Counted from the whole stretch's first letter, positions 41,203 through 53,129 are shown. The stretch: DNA of 63,969 nucleotides, filler included, from Octopus bimaculoides (GCF_001194135.2; 6 parts of 5 records of this genome joined end to end with filler, not necessarily neighbours in it), one strand, 5' to 3'. A program made the numbers and translations. The notes: generated by a model from the sequence alone, not told the origin.

Positions 41203-41404
41203 AGATGGCTGAATCGTTAGCATATCGGGCAAAATGCTTAGCAGCATTTTGTCTGTTCTTACGTTCTAAAATCAAATTCCACCGAGACTGACTTTACCTT
41301 TTATCCATGCGGGGTCCATAAGAACTAAGTACCAGTCAAACGCTGGGGGTCGATGTAATTGGTTTAAAACTAATTGCTGGCCTTGTGTCAAAACACGAAA
41401 CCAA
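41203..41404 (+). mobile_element. SINE family B
   Basis: GATGGCTGAATCGTTAGC...GGGTCGATGTAAT. Confidence 0.8.
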
Positions 41405-42512
41405 TTTCATTGAAAACAATATTGGTTCTTGGAAAGCTTTGAAAGGAAATAAACGCTCGAAGCGAGACGATGTCAAAAGAAATGTTCTAAATACAAACTA
41501 ACAACCATTCGTTGTTTAGTGACAGATCAAACCCCAATCAAAGAGATTTGTTATCAAAGACCTTCCAACTCAGACCATCTCGTATATTTAGAGGTATGTA
41601 GTACTAAATGATTCAATGTGATCTCACCCCTTTATTTTTAATGAAAAAGACTGCAACATTTCAGGGATAGAGCTGCAATTTCTAGCAAGTCAGTGATGAT
41701 GTAGGAGTACCGTTATTAGTCTGAGCAAAGGTTCTGCATTAAAAACAGACGAGTCAAATGTTAGAAAGATTTAACTGCTATTTCTAAGGATTGAGAAACC
41801 ATTCAAGGTGTCTCTTGTTGGTACGAATATAACCTAGTTGTTCCTGTTCTTGTTGTTATTTTGTTTGTTGTCCTTGTTAAACTCCAGACGACTTCTAATC
41901 GATCAAATCTATTATCGATATATTTCTAATCTTCACAAACATGTGATTATTTTCAGATTCATCTTTCAATTTATTTTTCTTTCCTTCAAGACTGTAGAGC
42001 AGGATGTGTGACTTGAAGGAAATTTACCTGCTATTTCTAGCTTGTCAAGTGAGCCACCACATAGAGCCTACAGTCGTTCGCTTGAATCATCAATCAGATT
42101 GGTTTAAAGGTTAGTGAAAGCAAAGCCATGTTTTCAAACACAATGTCTACAAAACGGAAAGAAAGAAAGAGAGAGAGAAAGAACAAAAAGTCATATGAAG
42201 CTCACAAAACAGCAAACAATAAAAACACCAAAATTGGCAAAAAAAAAAAACAAAACAAAAAAACCCTGCCAAGAAAGAAATTTTCTCAGTTGTTTTGCTT
42301 TTTTTAGTTTCAGATAAACGAATCCAATGATGAAGAAGATTCCTGGGTGACAAGAAAATTATGGAAAACGATGGAATATTCATGAATTATGAGTTTCATG
42401 CTAAGTTGGTAGCTTTGAATTAACCGTTGTTTTCTTTTTTCTTTTCTTTTCCTCCTATAAAATCGTAGACTTTTTATCAGGCTGATGGAATTAGTAAATG
42501 AACAATTTTAAC

Positions 42513-42603
<91 letters not shown>

Positions 42604-43077
42604 GTCTGTCTCTCTCTCCCTCCCTCTCTCTATCTATCGGTCTGTCTGTCTGTCTCTCTCTCTGTCACCCACCCCTCCCCAAATGATATGCAGCAAAGTT
42701 TGATATATTGGGAAGATTCTACCATCGATAATACTGAGCTAATATTCATATTAATAGATATATTTATTACTAATAAAAATGGTGAAACTACATCTAATTA
42801 CACAAGCTATGCTGGACATGAGAACCTCGTATTAAGCAGACTCAGAAGTCGTAGTGGTCGAAAGTTCCCGTAATATTGTACTTCAAATGAAGTTTCTATT
42901 TCCAGTACAATATTTCCATTTTACTTATAACTGCGTTTATGAAACTCACTTTGTAAATACGAGGTTTGGAGTTCAGTCCTCCAATGTGGTATCTTAAGTA
43001 ATTCTAACATAACTGCGGCCGACCAAAGTGTTATGAAGTTATTCTGATGATAGTAACTGTGTGCAAGCCTGTTGTGC

Positions 43078-43121
<44 letters not shown>

Positions 43122-43345
43122 GGCAATTCTCTGCCCTATATCTATATATTGATAGTCTTCTCTTGGATGGCTAAACTGCAGTATTTTCTGCGGGACTATT
43201 TGTGACGCACATGGGATAATTTTGAGGAGGGATACGGAACTCACTAGTCGATAAATTTGTGGATGCTGATTTTTCTTATGTGATATGTGATGTCGCATGG
43301 TCAGATATGCATGAGTATATTAGCATTTTCAGATTTATTTTGTAT

Positions 43346-43403
43346 ATCATGCTGATGAGTAGAAAAGAATTTTATATTCTAATCACGAAACGTCGTACAT
43401 GAT
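43346..43403 (+). ncRNA. Type-I hammerhead ribozyme motif with canonical core
   Basis: atcatg-CTGATGA-gt agaa...ttct aatc ac-GAAA-CGTCG-TA-catgat; 6-bp helix I; G10.1-C11.1; GUA site. Confidence 0.75.
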
Positions 43404-43652
43404 GAACTAAAGGCAGGTTTGTTTTCGTTTTATTTTCTCTTCTGTTTTGTTTTATGTGTGCCATAAATATCGCCATCCGTTGGAGAAAAATTGTAGTTAG
43501 AATTAGTAGTTCTTTGACTGCTATTTCTAAATTTTCAGTATGTTGGTGAAGCAACTTATGCTGATCCCTATATGTTTATAATTATAAATGGTTTACCGAT
43601 AAAGGTTTTTTTGCATACTGAACTACTTGGCAAAATTGTTAATTATTAATTT

Positions 43653-43752
43653 NNNNNNNNNNNNNNNNNNNNNNNNNNNNNNNNNNNNNNNNNNNNTTAA
43701 TTAATTAANNNNNNNNNNNNNNNNNNNNNNNNNNNNNNNNNNNNNNNNNNNN
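43653..43752. other. Synthetic assembly join (N44-TTAATTAATTAA-N44)
   Basis: Same block as 14091. Confidence 0.95.
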
Positions 43753-43789
43753 CGACAGCCACTGACCTTTGTCTCTCTCACCAAGGTCA

Positions 43790-43995
43790 GTGGCTGTCGA
43801 ACGCCGACGAAGGGAAATAACCCTGAAATCCGGATCCGTTCGTGCTACAGATCATGGTGAGAGGGATAACTTCCCTTGGCAAACAGGACACAGTCGTGTG
43901 TCGATAAGCCAGCTGGAGGAGATGTCCTCCTGGGGCTAAAAGCAACAGTAACATCCACCCCTAGGGGTCAGCCACACTTAAGTGGCAATATACTA
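43790..43995 (+). mobile_element. Second copy of the 9617 retrozyme-like family
   Basis: Shares AGCCAGCTGGAGGAGATGTC.TCCTGGGGCTA...AGCCACA.TTA.GTGG with the reverse complement of 9617-9830. Confidence 0.8.
43798..43842 (+). ncRNA. Minimal type-I hammerhead ribozyme with perfect palindromic helix III
   Basis: cgaacg-CCGACGA-aggg aaataa ccct-GAAA-TCCGGA-TC-cgttcg; all helices Watson-Crick; U4C core variant; AUC site. Confidence 0.8.
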
Positions 43996-44649
43996 CACTT
44001 TATATATATATTAATATATACATATATATATATGGGCATACATATGTGTGTGTGTCTAACTATATAAGGACCATTATATCTATGCATGCGTGTGTGTATG
44101 TGGGCCGCCTGTCATTGCGTCTCTTATGCCATTGGCTTATATCCCCATTCCCGTGTTTCAATCTGTCTCTATTACTTCTCACTCACATTTCTCTCCCTGA
44201 TATTACTTGCAGCGTTCTATAGCCGTGGTTTGAATATTGCATGATGGGATTGAAAGTCCACATGGGAAAGATGCAGACTCAGCAAACAGTACTGAATGCA
44301 ACCCATTCAGGGGAGCATTACCTGAAAAAATCCTAACATAACGAGGAGGGGGCAGTTTAGTCCTGACAATAACTTTAGTGCTAGTGTCATGGTAACATGC
44401 AGATTGTCAACGCTATAAAGAGGATGGTAATACAAAGGGCATCCAGAAATGCCAAACTATAAAAATATTCCAAAGTATCAATAAAAGCTAATTGCGTAAA
44501 CAGGATTATTCCCTACCATGATGGTATTGCGCAGAAAAGTGGAATAGTTAATTATACACTTTAGACGATTTGCATGAATCTCTAAGCTGTCATCGAGTGA
44601 GAGCTCGTTTCTGTTCGGGTGCAGAAAACAGACATTGGGGATCAAAACA

Positions 44650-45815
44650 GTCAACACCAGAAACTTAAAGTCTCAACAATAAACGGTGGGAGAAGGAAAG
44701 GTAGATCTGATTACATTTTAGAGATGCTAGAACGAAAGTATATAAATGTGTGATACACGCGAATCATAAGGAGAGGAGAGACTTTCGCAGGCAAAAAAAG
44801 GCAGATGCAAATTATTCTGGGTCAGTAAGTAGAATTACGTAAATGGAATACTATACTGGGATCTCAATAGTCAACACAAGAAGAATGGAAGGTAGAATAG
44901 ATTTGATTACATTGTAAAGATGCTAGAGCGAAGGCATATAAATGTGTGATACTCGCAAATGAGAAGATGAGAGTCTCCTCGCAGGCAAAATCCGTAGGTA
45001 CAAATTATTCTGAGTCAGTAAGAATAATTATTTAAATGAAATACATGTAGTAGTGGCGTCAATCGGGCGGAATATTTAATCAAAATTGAAATAGGCGATG
45101 GAATATTTAAGCTTGGACTATTTGTAAGATAAAGTAACGTTAGCTGTTACTTTTGCTAATGCATCACAATCGTGAGTGATTGAACAAAGCGACTAATTCT
45201 ATGAGCCTTCTCTTTAGAACTACTTCGATAATAAACGACAGCAGCATCATAATCTTGGTTGGCCACTTTATCGGACATGCTTGGTAGCATTATGATGGCA
45301 TTTATGGAAATACATGATCGCATTTGTTATGGATCTATGAAAGATGAACCAATCAGCTGCAACACGAACTTAAGGAAACCAACCAAACGCTTGAGCACTT
45401 TTCAGCTAGGCAAACTTACAATCCAAATAGATTTAATTCGCATGATGGAGCAGGATAGGCACATTATTGTACATAATAAGTCTTTCCCTGGTGAAGAGTG
45501 TATCCCCCGATAAAAGTTAGTGATTTCTGACTTCAGAAATTAAGAGCCAGTTGGAATGAGAAACAAAAGACATTCTGGAGAAGAGAGGAGTGAATACGGA
45601 AACATACTTTATGTAAATATGTATAGATGTCAATTAAGGGAAGAAATATGGCTGGTGTAAACTTGGTAACAGGGAGATTTAACGAGACAATCGATTGAGT
45701 GCTACTTATCAGTTTTGTGGTTAGAACAAAGTAAATCCAAAGGTAAGTTAACGTGGTTTTCGAATAACTCTGTATAGAGAGCAATAAAGGCTAAAAGACA
45801 GACATAGATAGTGTG
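44650..45815 (+). pseudogene. RTE-clade LINE: APE endonuclease and linker, decayed, N-terminus tandemly duplicated
   Basis: KGRSDYILEMLERK (twice), CNTNLRKPTKRLSTFQLG..IQID, KSFPGEECIPR*KLVISDFR, KLTWFSNN. Confidence 0.8.
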
Positions 45816-45892
45816 GAATAAAAGGAATAAGAGAGAGCTATATCATGGGGCTAAGAGAGGAGTTAGATACCAAATATATATATAGCTCGAAA

Positions 45893-46277
45893 GGAGGCTC
45901 AATGGCCCAGTGGTTAGGGCAGCAGACTCGCGGTCATAGGATCGCGGTTTCGATTCCCAAACCGGGCGTTGTGAGTGTTTATTGAGCGAAAAACACATAA
46001 AAAAAGTTCCACAAGGCTCCGGCAGGGGATGGTGGCGAACCTTGCTGTACATTTTCACCACAACTTTCTCTCACTTTTACTTCCTGTTTCTGTTGTGCCT
46101 GTAATTCAAAGGGTCAGCCTTGTCATACTGTGTCACGCTGAATATCCCCGAGAACTACGTTAAGGGTACACGTGTCTGTGCGGTGCTCAGCCACTTGCAC
46201 GTTAATTTCACGAGCAGACTGTTCCGTTGATCGGATCAACTGGAACCCTCGACGTCGTAAGCGACGGAGCGCCAACA
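45893..46277 (+). mobile_element. SINE family C inserted in the RTE fragment, 13-bp TSD
   Basis: ATATAGCTCGAAA at 45880-45892 and 46278-46290. Confidence 0.92.
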
Positions 46278-46289
46278 ATATAGCTCGAA

Positions 46290-46480
46290 AAGAAGCAGAG
46301 GGAAGCTCCTCCAGTGTTCTGTGACGAAGGAGGGGATCAGAAGCGAGAGATGCTCATGGATGATAACAGATGGATAAAGAAGGGCTGGGGATGCAAATGG
46401 AAGGATATCATGAAAGAATAAATCCGAGAAAGACATGGGCAGAGGTAATGGAACTTGATGACAGGATGGTGAATCTCTCG
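46290..46480 (+). pseudogene. RTE LINE continuation and C-terminal end
   Basis: LMDDNRWIKK...MEG...PRKTWAEVMELD. Confidence 0.6.
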
Positions 46481-46624
46481 AACAACATCTTAAAAGAACG
46501 TAGCAAATGACCGAGTAAGGAAGGTTCTGTTCAAATCATGGAAAGCGAACGTAAAAATGATAGTGATTATAATGATACTATTTTAAACAAGTGGGTCTGT
46601 ATTTGGAAATTTTATAGTATATAT

Positions 46625-46780
46625 TTGTGGAAGCGCATGATATAGTGCTTAGGGTATTGGACTCACGATCGTAAAATTAAGGTTTCGATTTCTGGAAAGG
46701 GCGACGAGTTGTGTACTTGAGCAAAACACTTCACTTCACGTTGCTGTAGCTCACACAGCTGGTACAAATAAGTAATCCTG
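46625..46780 (+). mobile_element. tRNA-derived SINE (fourth family, 5' part)
   Basis: GTGGAAGCGCATGATATAGTGCTTAGGG...GGTTTCGATTTC...TGTGTACTTGAGCAAAACACTTCAC. Confidence 0.65.
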
Positions 46781-47670
46781 GAACAGGCCGGTGGCCCATT
46801 CCGGGCGGAATATACACGCCAGAGAAACCAACCAACAGGCCCTAAGATCCTTACGGAGGAGTGTGGCCTAACCACCATAGTACATGTTTGATTAAATTTA
46901 TAATAACCAATCGGGAATAAGCCAATGGAAATATGAAAAGTCTGGAAAATATCATTACTTATTTGTAATTCTTTCGTAAATCGAATAAAAAATTTAAATG
47001 AGAAAGTAAATGTTAGGTAATAAATGTCATCACACTTCATTAAAATTTATAGGAAGTAAATTGAAATCATTTACATTTTCTTTGAATATTGTAAAGAGAC
47101 ATCATTAAAGCATATCTAACAAGCCTGACTTTATACTAATTTAAATGTATTCATAAACCAAATACTTGTTAATATAAATATTTCACTATCTGAAAAACCT
47201 TAACTAAACTTCACAACTAGCTTACAGTATTCACACACACGCACACATGTATATATANNNNNNNNNNNNNNNNNNNNNNNNNNNNNNNNNNNNNNNNNNN
47301 NNNNNNNNNNNNNNNNNNNNNNNNNNNNNNNNNNNNNNNNNNNNNNNNNNNNNNNNNNNNNNNNNNNNNNNNNNNNNNNNNNNNNNNNNNNNNNNNNNNN
47401 NNNNNNNNNNNNNNNNNNNNNNNNNNNNNNNNNNNNNNNNNNNNNNNNNNNNNNNNNNNNNNNNNNNNNNNNNNNNNNNNNNNNNNNNNNNNNNNNNNNN
47501 NNNNNNNNNNNNNNNNNNNNNNNNNNNNNNNNNNNNNNNNNNNNNNNNNNNNNNNNNNNNNNNNNNNNNNNNNNNNNNNNNNNNNNNNNNNNNNNNNNNN
47601 NNNNNNNNNNNNNNNNNNNNNNNNNNNNNNNNNNNNNNNNNNNNNNNNNNNNNNNNNNNNNNNNNNNNNN

Positions 47671-47853
47671 NATACTTTATTCCTACATATGTTTCAAAGG
47701 ATTACAACCTGTGTGATCCATAGGGATCTTTGATCTTACGTTTAAGATGATTCCCATGCTTTCCCTGATGAGAAGGCTACAATTTTAATATCAAAGATCC
47801 CTATGGATCACACAGGTTGTAATCCTTTGAAACATATGTAGGAATAAAGTATG
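47671..47853. repeat. Perfect 63-bp inverted repeat overlapping a hammerhead motif, at a contig edge
   Basis: 47671-47733 is the exact reverse complement of ~47790-47852. Confidence 0.9.
47761..47844 (+). ncRNA. Type-I hammerhead ribozyme motif, canonical core, extended helix II
   Basis: ttcc-CTGATGA-gaagg c tacaa...ttgta at ccttt-GAAA-CATATG-TA-ggaa; perfect palindrome CATATG; GUA site. Confidence 0.78.
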
Positions 47854-47940
47854 CAATTATAACATGCGTTTTCGGAAAGACGGAAAGTTCAAAGAATGGA
47901 AAAACAGAGGAAGAGAAAATCGGCACCGATGCCCACGAGG

Positions 47941-47984
<44 letters not shown>

Positions 47985-49420
47985 GCACACACAAGCGCAC
48001 ACACACACACATGTATACGTTAATACGTAAATATAACCACACACAGCTATGTAGGATATACTGCGCCTGTGTGTTTGCGCGCACTCTTACAGTGTTTGTG
48101 CGTATCATAGACACGTTGAATTTTGAATCAAAGAATTTCATTCCATTTGTTTCGTGCCAGCGATATTTGCATGTTGTAAATTAGACTGGAAACTGGATTT
48201 GCCATTGTTACTCTTTGTCGGTATTCTATATGGATCCATTTCATCTATGATGAAATATTGGGCAGTTACATTTTTCAAAGTTGTTTGTGCGTCATATAAA
48301 TTGATAAAGCATGTTATCTTACAGCGTGCCTCAAATGTCTGAAGGGCGACCTTCTTAAATAGTTAAATATGCAAAGACCATTATTGATATTCTCAGAAGT
48401 AGAATTCATGTATATTATTAAGTTAAGGCTGCTAACACAACTACTTTGAAAATGACGCATTTAGATATTTAATTTATATACAGTGGATCCAAAAATGTCA
48501 TTCACAGAATAATGGTCGTAATGTTAATTGAAAATCTATCTGAATGGTATATTATATTATATTATATGATTGGATTAAACAACCGATTGACCTTCAGTAC
48601 ATGTTCAGATATTTCTTAAAGACACAGCGTATTATTAATGCCTAAATCAATAGATTATTTCTCACTAATATATATAATATCATATAATCTAATATCAATT
48701 TTATTGTCGTACAAACACTATTCTATTGACTTGTTTGCATTCATGTAACTGTCGTTGGAACATTGACGGAATTTACTTTACTTCAAATAATCTCATAAAT
48801 ATTTCAGAAATAATTCACTCATCAGGATAATTGTTGTATAAAAGTATTAAGATTATAGTCAATTTTCTTTTTAATTTGAAAGAAGCGTAATATTTAAATA
48901 CAATAAAATATATGAATGGAAAAGACTTTCATTAACTGGAAATCTTTCTCACTTAAATCATCTACCAGCTTCTTCGTTTGCCTTCATTATGTTTCTAATG
49001 GATGAATTAATGGAATAGTTGAATGTAGTGATACAATTGCATTAAATCATTGACTTCGCAGTCAATTTCAAAGATTTAGTGCGTAATTAACAAGAATAGT
49101 TTATCGCATTTACTGAAAAAAAAAAAAGTTGGTGAAAAATGGAAACTTAATTGCTGAAAATAAAAGCAGACGTTGTACTGAAATCGCCTATTTCTTTTGT
49201 GCTAAAGAATAACAAAGATTTGCCGCGAAAATAAAAATAAATGAAACAAATAAGTAGGATAACGAGTCCAACTAACGCTGAAGATGAGCTACGGCCATAT
49301 TGTTTCATTGCTTAGGGATACCAAAAGCTTTTTCGTTTATATTAGAAGTTTATTGGACGATAACAAAAGATATTAACCGGAACTTTACGTCCAACACTTA
49401 AAAGCATGCACAGATGCACG

Positions 49421-49451
<31 letters not shown>

Positions 49452-49507
49452 CTCTTTCTTTCTCTCTCTCTCTCTCTTTACCGCTCTTTCTTTCTCTCTC
49501 TCTTGCA

Positions 49508-49560
<53 letters not shown>

Positions 49561-50214
49561 ACACACAAATAGACATAGATATGCACTCACACACACATAC
49601 ATATACACGCACATACACACACATATATACATCATATATATGTGTGTGTGTGTGTATATTTTTTTCGTATACAAACCAAACTTTTCTTAACACATGCCTA
49701 TGCAAAATTGCTGCATTAGGCATTTTCGTATTGGCTTTTGTGGTCACGAATAGTCGTGGTGTGTGATAGCAAACATGGCCTAAAGAAGTGATTGGATTAT
49801 TTTTACAGCAACAAAGTGGAAATGAGATATGGGTATTTTCAAAATAATTGTTTATCATTCTATAACACACAATTCCTCAATCAGTGTATTTGCGCTGCAA
49901 TATCGTAGTGATTGGTAGTTCTAACTTCTCAGAAGCAGCAGATAATATAATAGGCGTTGGTGGCCATATCTGGATGTTTATACAGGTTGAGAAACAGATA
50001 ATTTTACCGTTGATATTTTCAGAAATTGATGTACGTTGGTGTTAAATAGATAAATAACACACATTGCTGCGTCTTACCGGTACGCGCGCGCACACACAGG
50101 TGCGCGGACACACACGCGCACGCGCAAGCACACGCACGACGCACGCACGTACATAGGCACGCACACAGAACACAACACACACGCATGCATATGTGTGTAT
50201 CTAAATGTATTTGC

Positions 50215-50585
50215 GCAGGCGTGGCTTTGTGGTAAGACGTTTGCGTCTCAAATACATGGTTCCGGGTTCTGTCGTCGCACCGCATAGCACGTTCAGCAAG
50301 ATTTATACCGTAACCCTCAGTGAACCAAAACCTTGTGAATGGATTTAGGAGAAAGAAGCTCTGTGTGTGCGTGTGCGCCTTTATCTTTCAACACCATTTG
50401 ACAACTGGACTTCATTTATTTACGTCCCTGCAACATAGCGGGTTGGCGAAATAGATTAATGAAATATAAGTACCATGTTTAGAATATAATAAAGAATTAC
50501 GGTTGGTTTGTTTGATTGAATCCTGAAAGCCGGAACCCAACATGGAGCCATGTACTGACTGAAACAACTAACTGATAAAAGATAC
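50215..50585 (+). mobile_element. SINE family A, diverged
   Basis: GCAGGCGTGGCTTTGTGGTAAG...GACTGAAACAAC. Confidence 0.75.
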
Positions 50586-50847
50586 TAGAACTTTACATTT
50601 TGTAAACGAAAGTAGTTAGTTCTCAATTCACGGAACTGATGCTTTGCCCACGACTTGATTTCCACGGTCTGCGGTCGTTCATAGCTACATGTTACTTATT
50701 TAGACGTTTTTTCCCCCTCCACGTGTTTATTATTGAATTATTCGGCACCTCAGATCTCATCACTCGTTGTGTGTATTGGGGCGATCAAGTTAGAAATTGC
50801 TAAAATTGTTGGTTTTTACTAGTATATATATATATATATATATATAT

Positions 50848-50947
50848 NNNNNNNNNNNNNNNNNNNNNNNNNNNNNNNNNNNNNNNNNNNNTTAATTAAT
50901 TAANNNNNNNNNNNNNNNNNNNNNNNNNNNNNNNNNNNNNNNNNNNN
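50848..50947. other. Synthetic assembly join
   Basis: N-run/TTAATTAATTAA/N-run, ~100 bp. Confidence 0.95.
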
Positions 50948-51263
50948 GTAGCAAGGATGGCACGTGTGAACGACGGAGCCATCTTGAGCATAACCCTATG
51001 AACTCTTTTCCGTAGGCTTTTCTTTCCACGGCCAAACCTAAACTGTCCTCCCCTCCTTTTACACGAGAACACTACTGTGTGATACACGATCCCTATTGAT
51101 CGCCCTTTTTTTTTTTGATCCCTTTTGATCGAACTACCCTCTTTTCCTTCCTACGATCCCTTTTGATCGCCCCCCCCCTTTTTTTCCTTCCCCCTCCCAA
51201 AAAGAAAAGCTCTACATTGTATTTGTCCCATCTTCGTTGAGCCCTGTGTGGCTAATAAAAGAA
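50948..51263 (+). mobile_element. Probable LINE 3' end (ORF tail plus 3'UTR with AATAAA)
   Basis: Short coding-like tail ARMARVNDGAILSI, pyrimidine-rich UTR, AATAAAA; clade not determined. Confidence 0.35.
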
Positions 51264-52838
51264 ATGTATCTATCTATCTATCTATCCTTTCACTTCTGCT
51301 GATGTATGTTTGTGTCTACTCTCATAATACCGATGAGCATTTAAATATAACAACAACAACAATAACAAAAGAAGAAGAAGGAGAAGAAGAAGAAGGAGAA
51401 GAAGAAGAAGAAGAAGAAGAAGAAGAAGAAGAAGAAGAAAAAGAAGAAGAAGAAGAAGAAGAATGGCGATGCCCCCACTATAGCTACAACCTTTGATCTG
51501 GAACATATTAAGCATAAACGTGTAACATCTACAATTATTTGCTAAGATTATTTCACTTTTACTATTCATCGATATATCTTTAAATGCATAATTTACTATA
51601 TATATATATATTTAGACACACACATATGTGTGTATATTTGTTCTATCCTTCATCCTGCCCTCGAATTCTCCTGCACTATTTCTAACTCTTCCGTCGAATT
51701 TCTCGACATTTCTGTCAGTATATAGCATTCCACTCTCACTACCTCCATCTACTCCAAGCATACTGACTTACACTGCTACCTTAACTTCTCCTCTTCCCAT
51801 TCTACGCACACCAAGCTCTCCATCTCCTACTCCCAATTCCTCCGTCTGCGCAGGCTCTGCAGTGACAACCATAACTTTGAGACTCAGTCTCAACTCATGG
51901 CTCACTACTTCATCCTACGCGGATATACCCTCACCACTATCCACACTGCCCTTGCCAGGGCACGTTCCATGCTTCTGCTCTTTCTCCCTGCACCCACCCC
52001 GCCGTTGCCCGTCTCCCGTTTCCCCTCATCTACCACCTCTCCANNNNNNNNNNNNNNNNNNNNNNNNNNNNNNNNNNNNNNNNNNNNNNNNNNNNNNNNN
52101 NNNNNNNNNNNNNNNNNNNNNNNNNNNNNNNNNNNNNNNNNNNNNNNNNNNNNNNNNNNNNNNNNNNNNNNNNNNNNNNNNNNNNNNNNNNNNNNNNNNN
52201 NNNNNNNNNNNNNNNNNNNNNNNNNNNNNNNNNNNNNNNNNNNNNNNNNNNNNNNNNNNNNNNNNNNNNNNNNNNNNNNNNNNNNNNNNNNNNNNNNNNN
52301 NNNNNNNNNNNNNNNNNNNNNNNNNNNNNNNNNNNNNNNNNNNNNNNNNNNNNNNNNNNNNNNNNNNNNNNNNNNNNNNNNNNNNNNNNNNNNNNNNNNN
52401 NNNNNNNNNNNNNNNNNNNNNNNNNNNNNNNNNNNNNNNNNNNNNNNNNNNNNNNNNNNNNNNNNNNNNNNNNNNNNNNNNNNNNNNNNNNNNNNNNNNN
52501 NNNNNNNNNNNNNNNNNNNNNNNNNNNNNNNNNNNNNNNNNNNNNNNNNNNNNNNNNNNNNNNNNNNNNNNNNNNNNNNNNNNNNNNNNNNNNNNNNNNN
52601 NNNNNNNNNNNNNNNNNNNNNNNNNNNNNNNNNNNNNNNNNNNNNNNNNNNNNNNNNNNNNNNNNNNNNNNNNNNNNNNNNNNNNNNNNNNNNNNNNNNN
52701 NNNNNNNNNNNNNNNNNNNNNNNNNNNNNNNNNNNNNNNNNNNNNNNNNNNNNNNNNNNNNNNNNNNNNNNNNNNNNNNNNNNNNNNNCTCCACCCACTC
52801 CACCCCACTCCACCCCACTCCATCCACAGCCACCCTAC

Positions 52839-53100
52839 ATGGTTTCAAGTACAGTTCCACTGCGTGGCACCTTGAGTAAATGTCTTGAACTATTGCCTCG
52901 GATCAACTAATGCCTTGTGAGTAAATTCGGTAAACGGTAACTGTCTGAAAGCGCATTCGGCAAAAGAGACCGATAGAATAAGTACTAAACTTAAAAATAA
53001 TTATCGGGATCGGTTTGTTCGACTAAACTTGTGAAGGTGGTGCCCCAGCAGGGCCGCCGTCCAATAACTGAAACAAGTAATAGATAATAGATAATGATAA
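52839..53100 (+). mobile_element. SINE family A, internally deleted
   Basis: CCACTGCGTGGCACCTTG...CGGCAAAAGAGACCGATAGAATAAGTACT...CTGAAACAAGTAA. Confidence 0.85.
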
Positions 53101-53129
53101 CTACCTGGTTAATATTATAATATAAACGA

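Noticed and set aside
48140-48365. Minus-strand ~70-codon open frame (…YFIIDEMD…) after a plausible splice acceptor
   Set aside because: No convincing donor and no recognisable family; chance ORF is likely without RNA-seq
3407-52910. Long ORFs in the provided track
   Set aside because: Composed of N-runs and microsatellite translations (YIYI, HTHT, poly-L/K/S)
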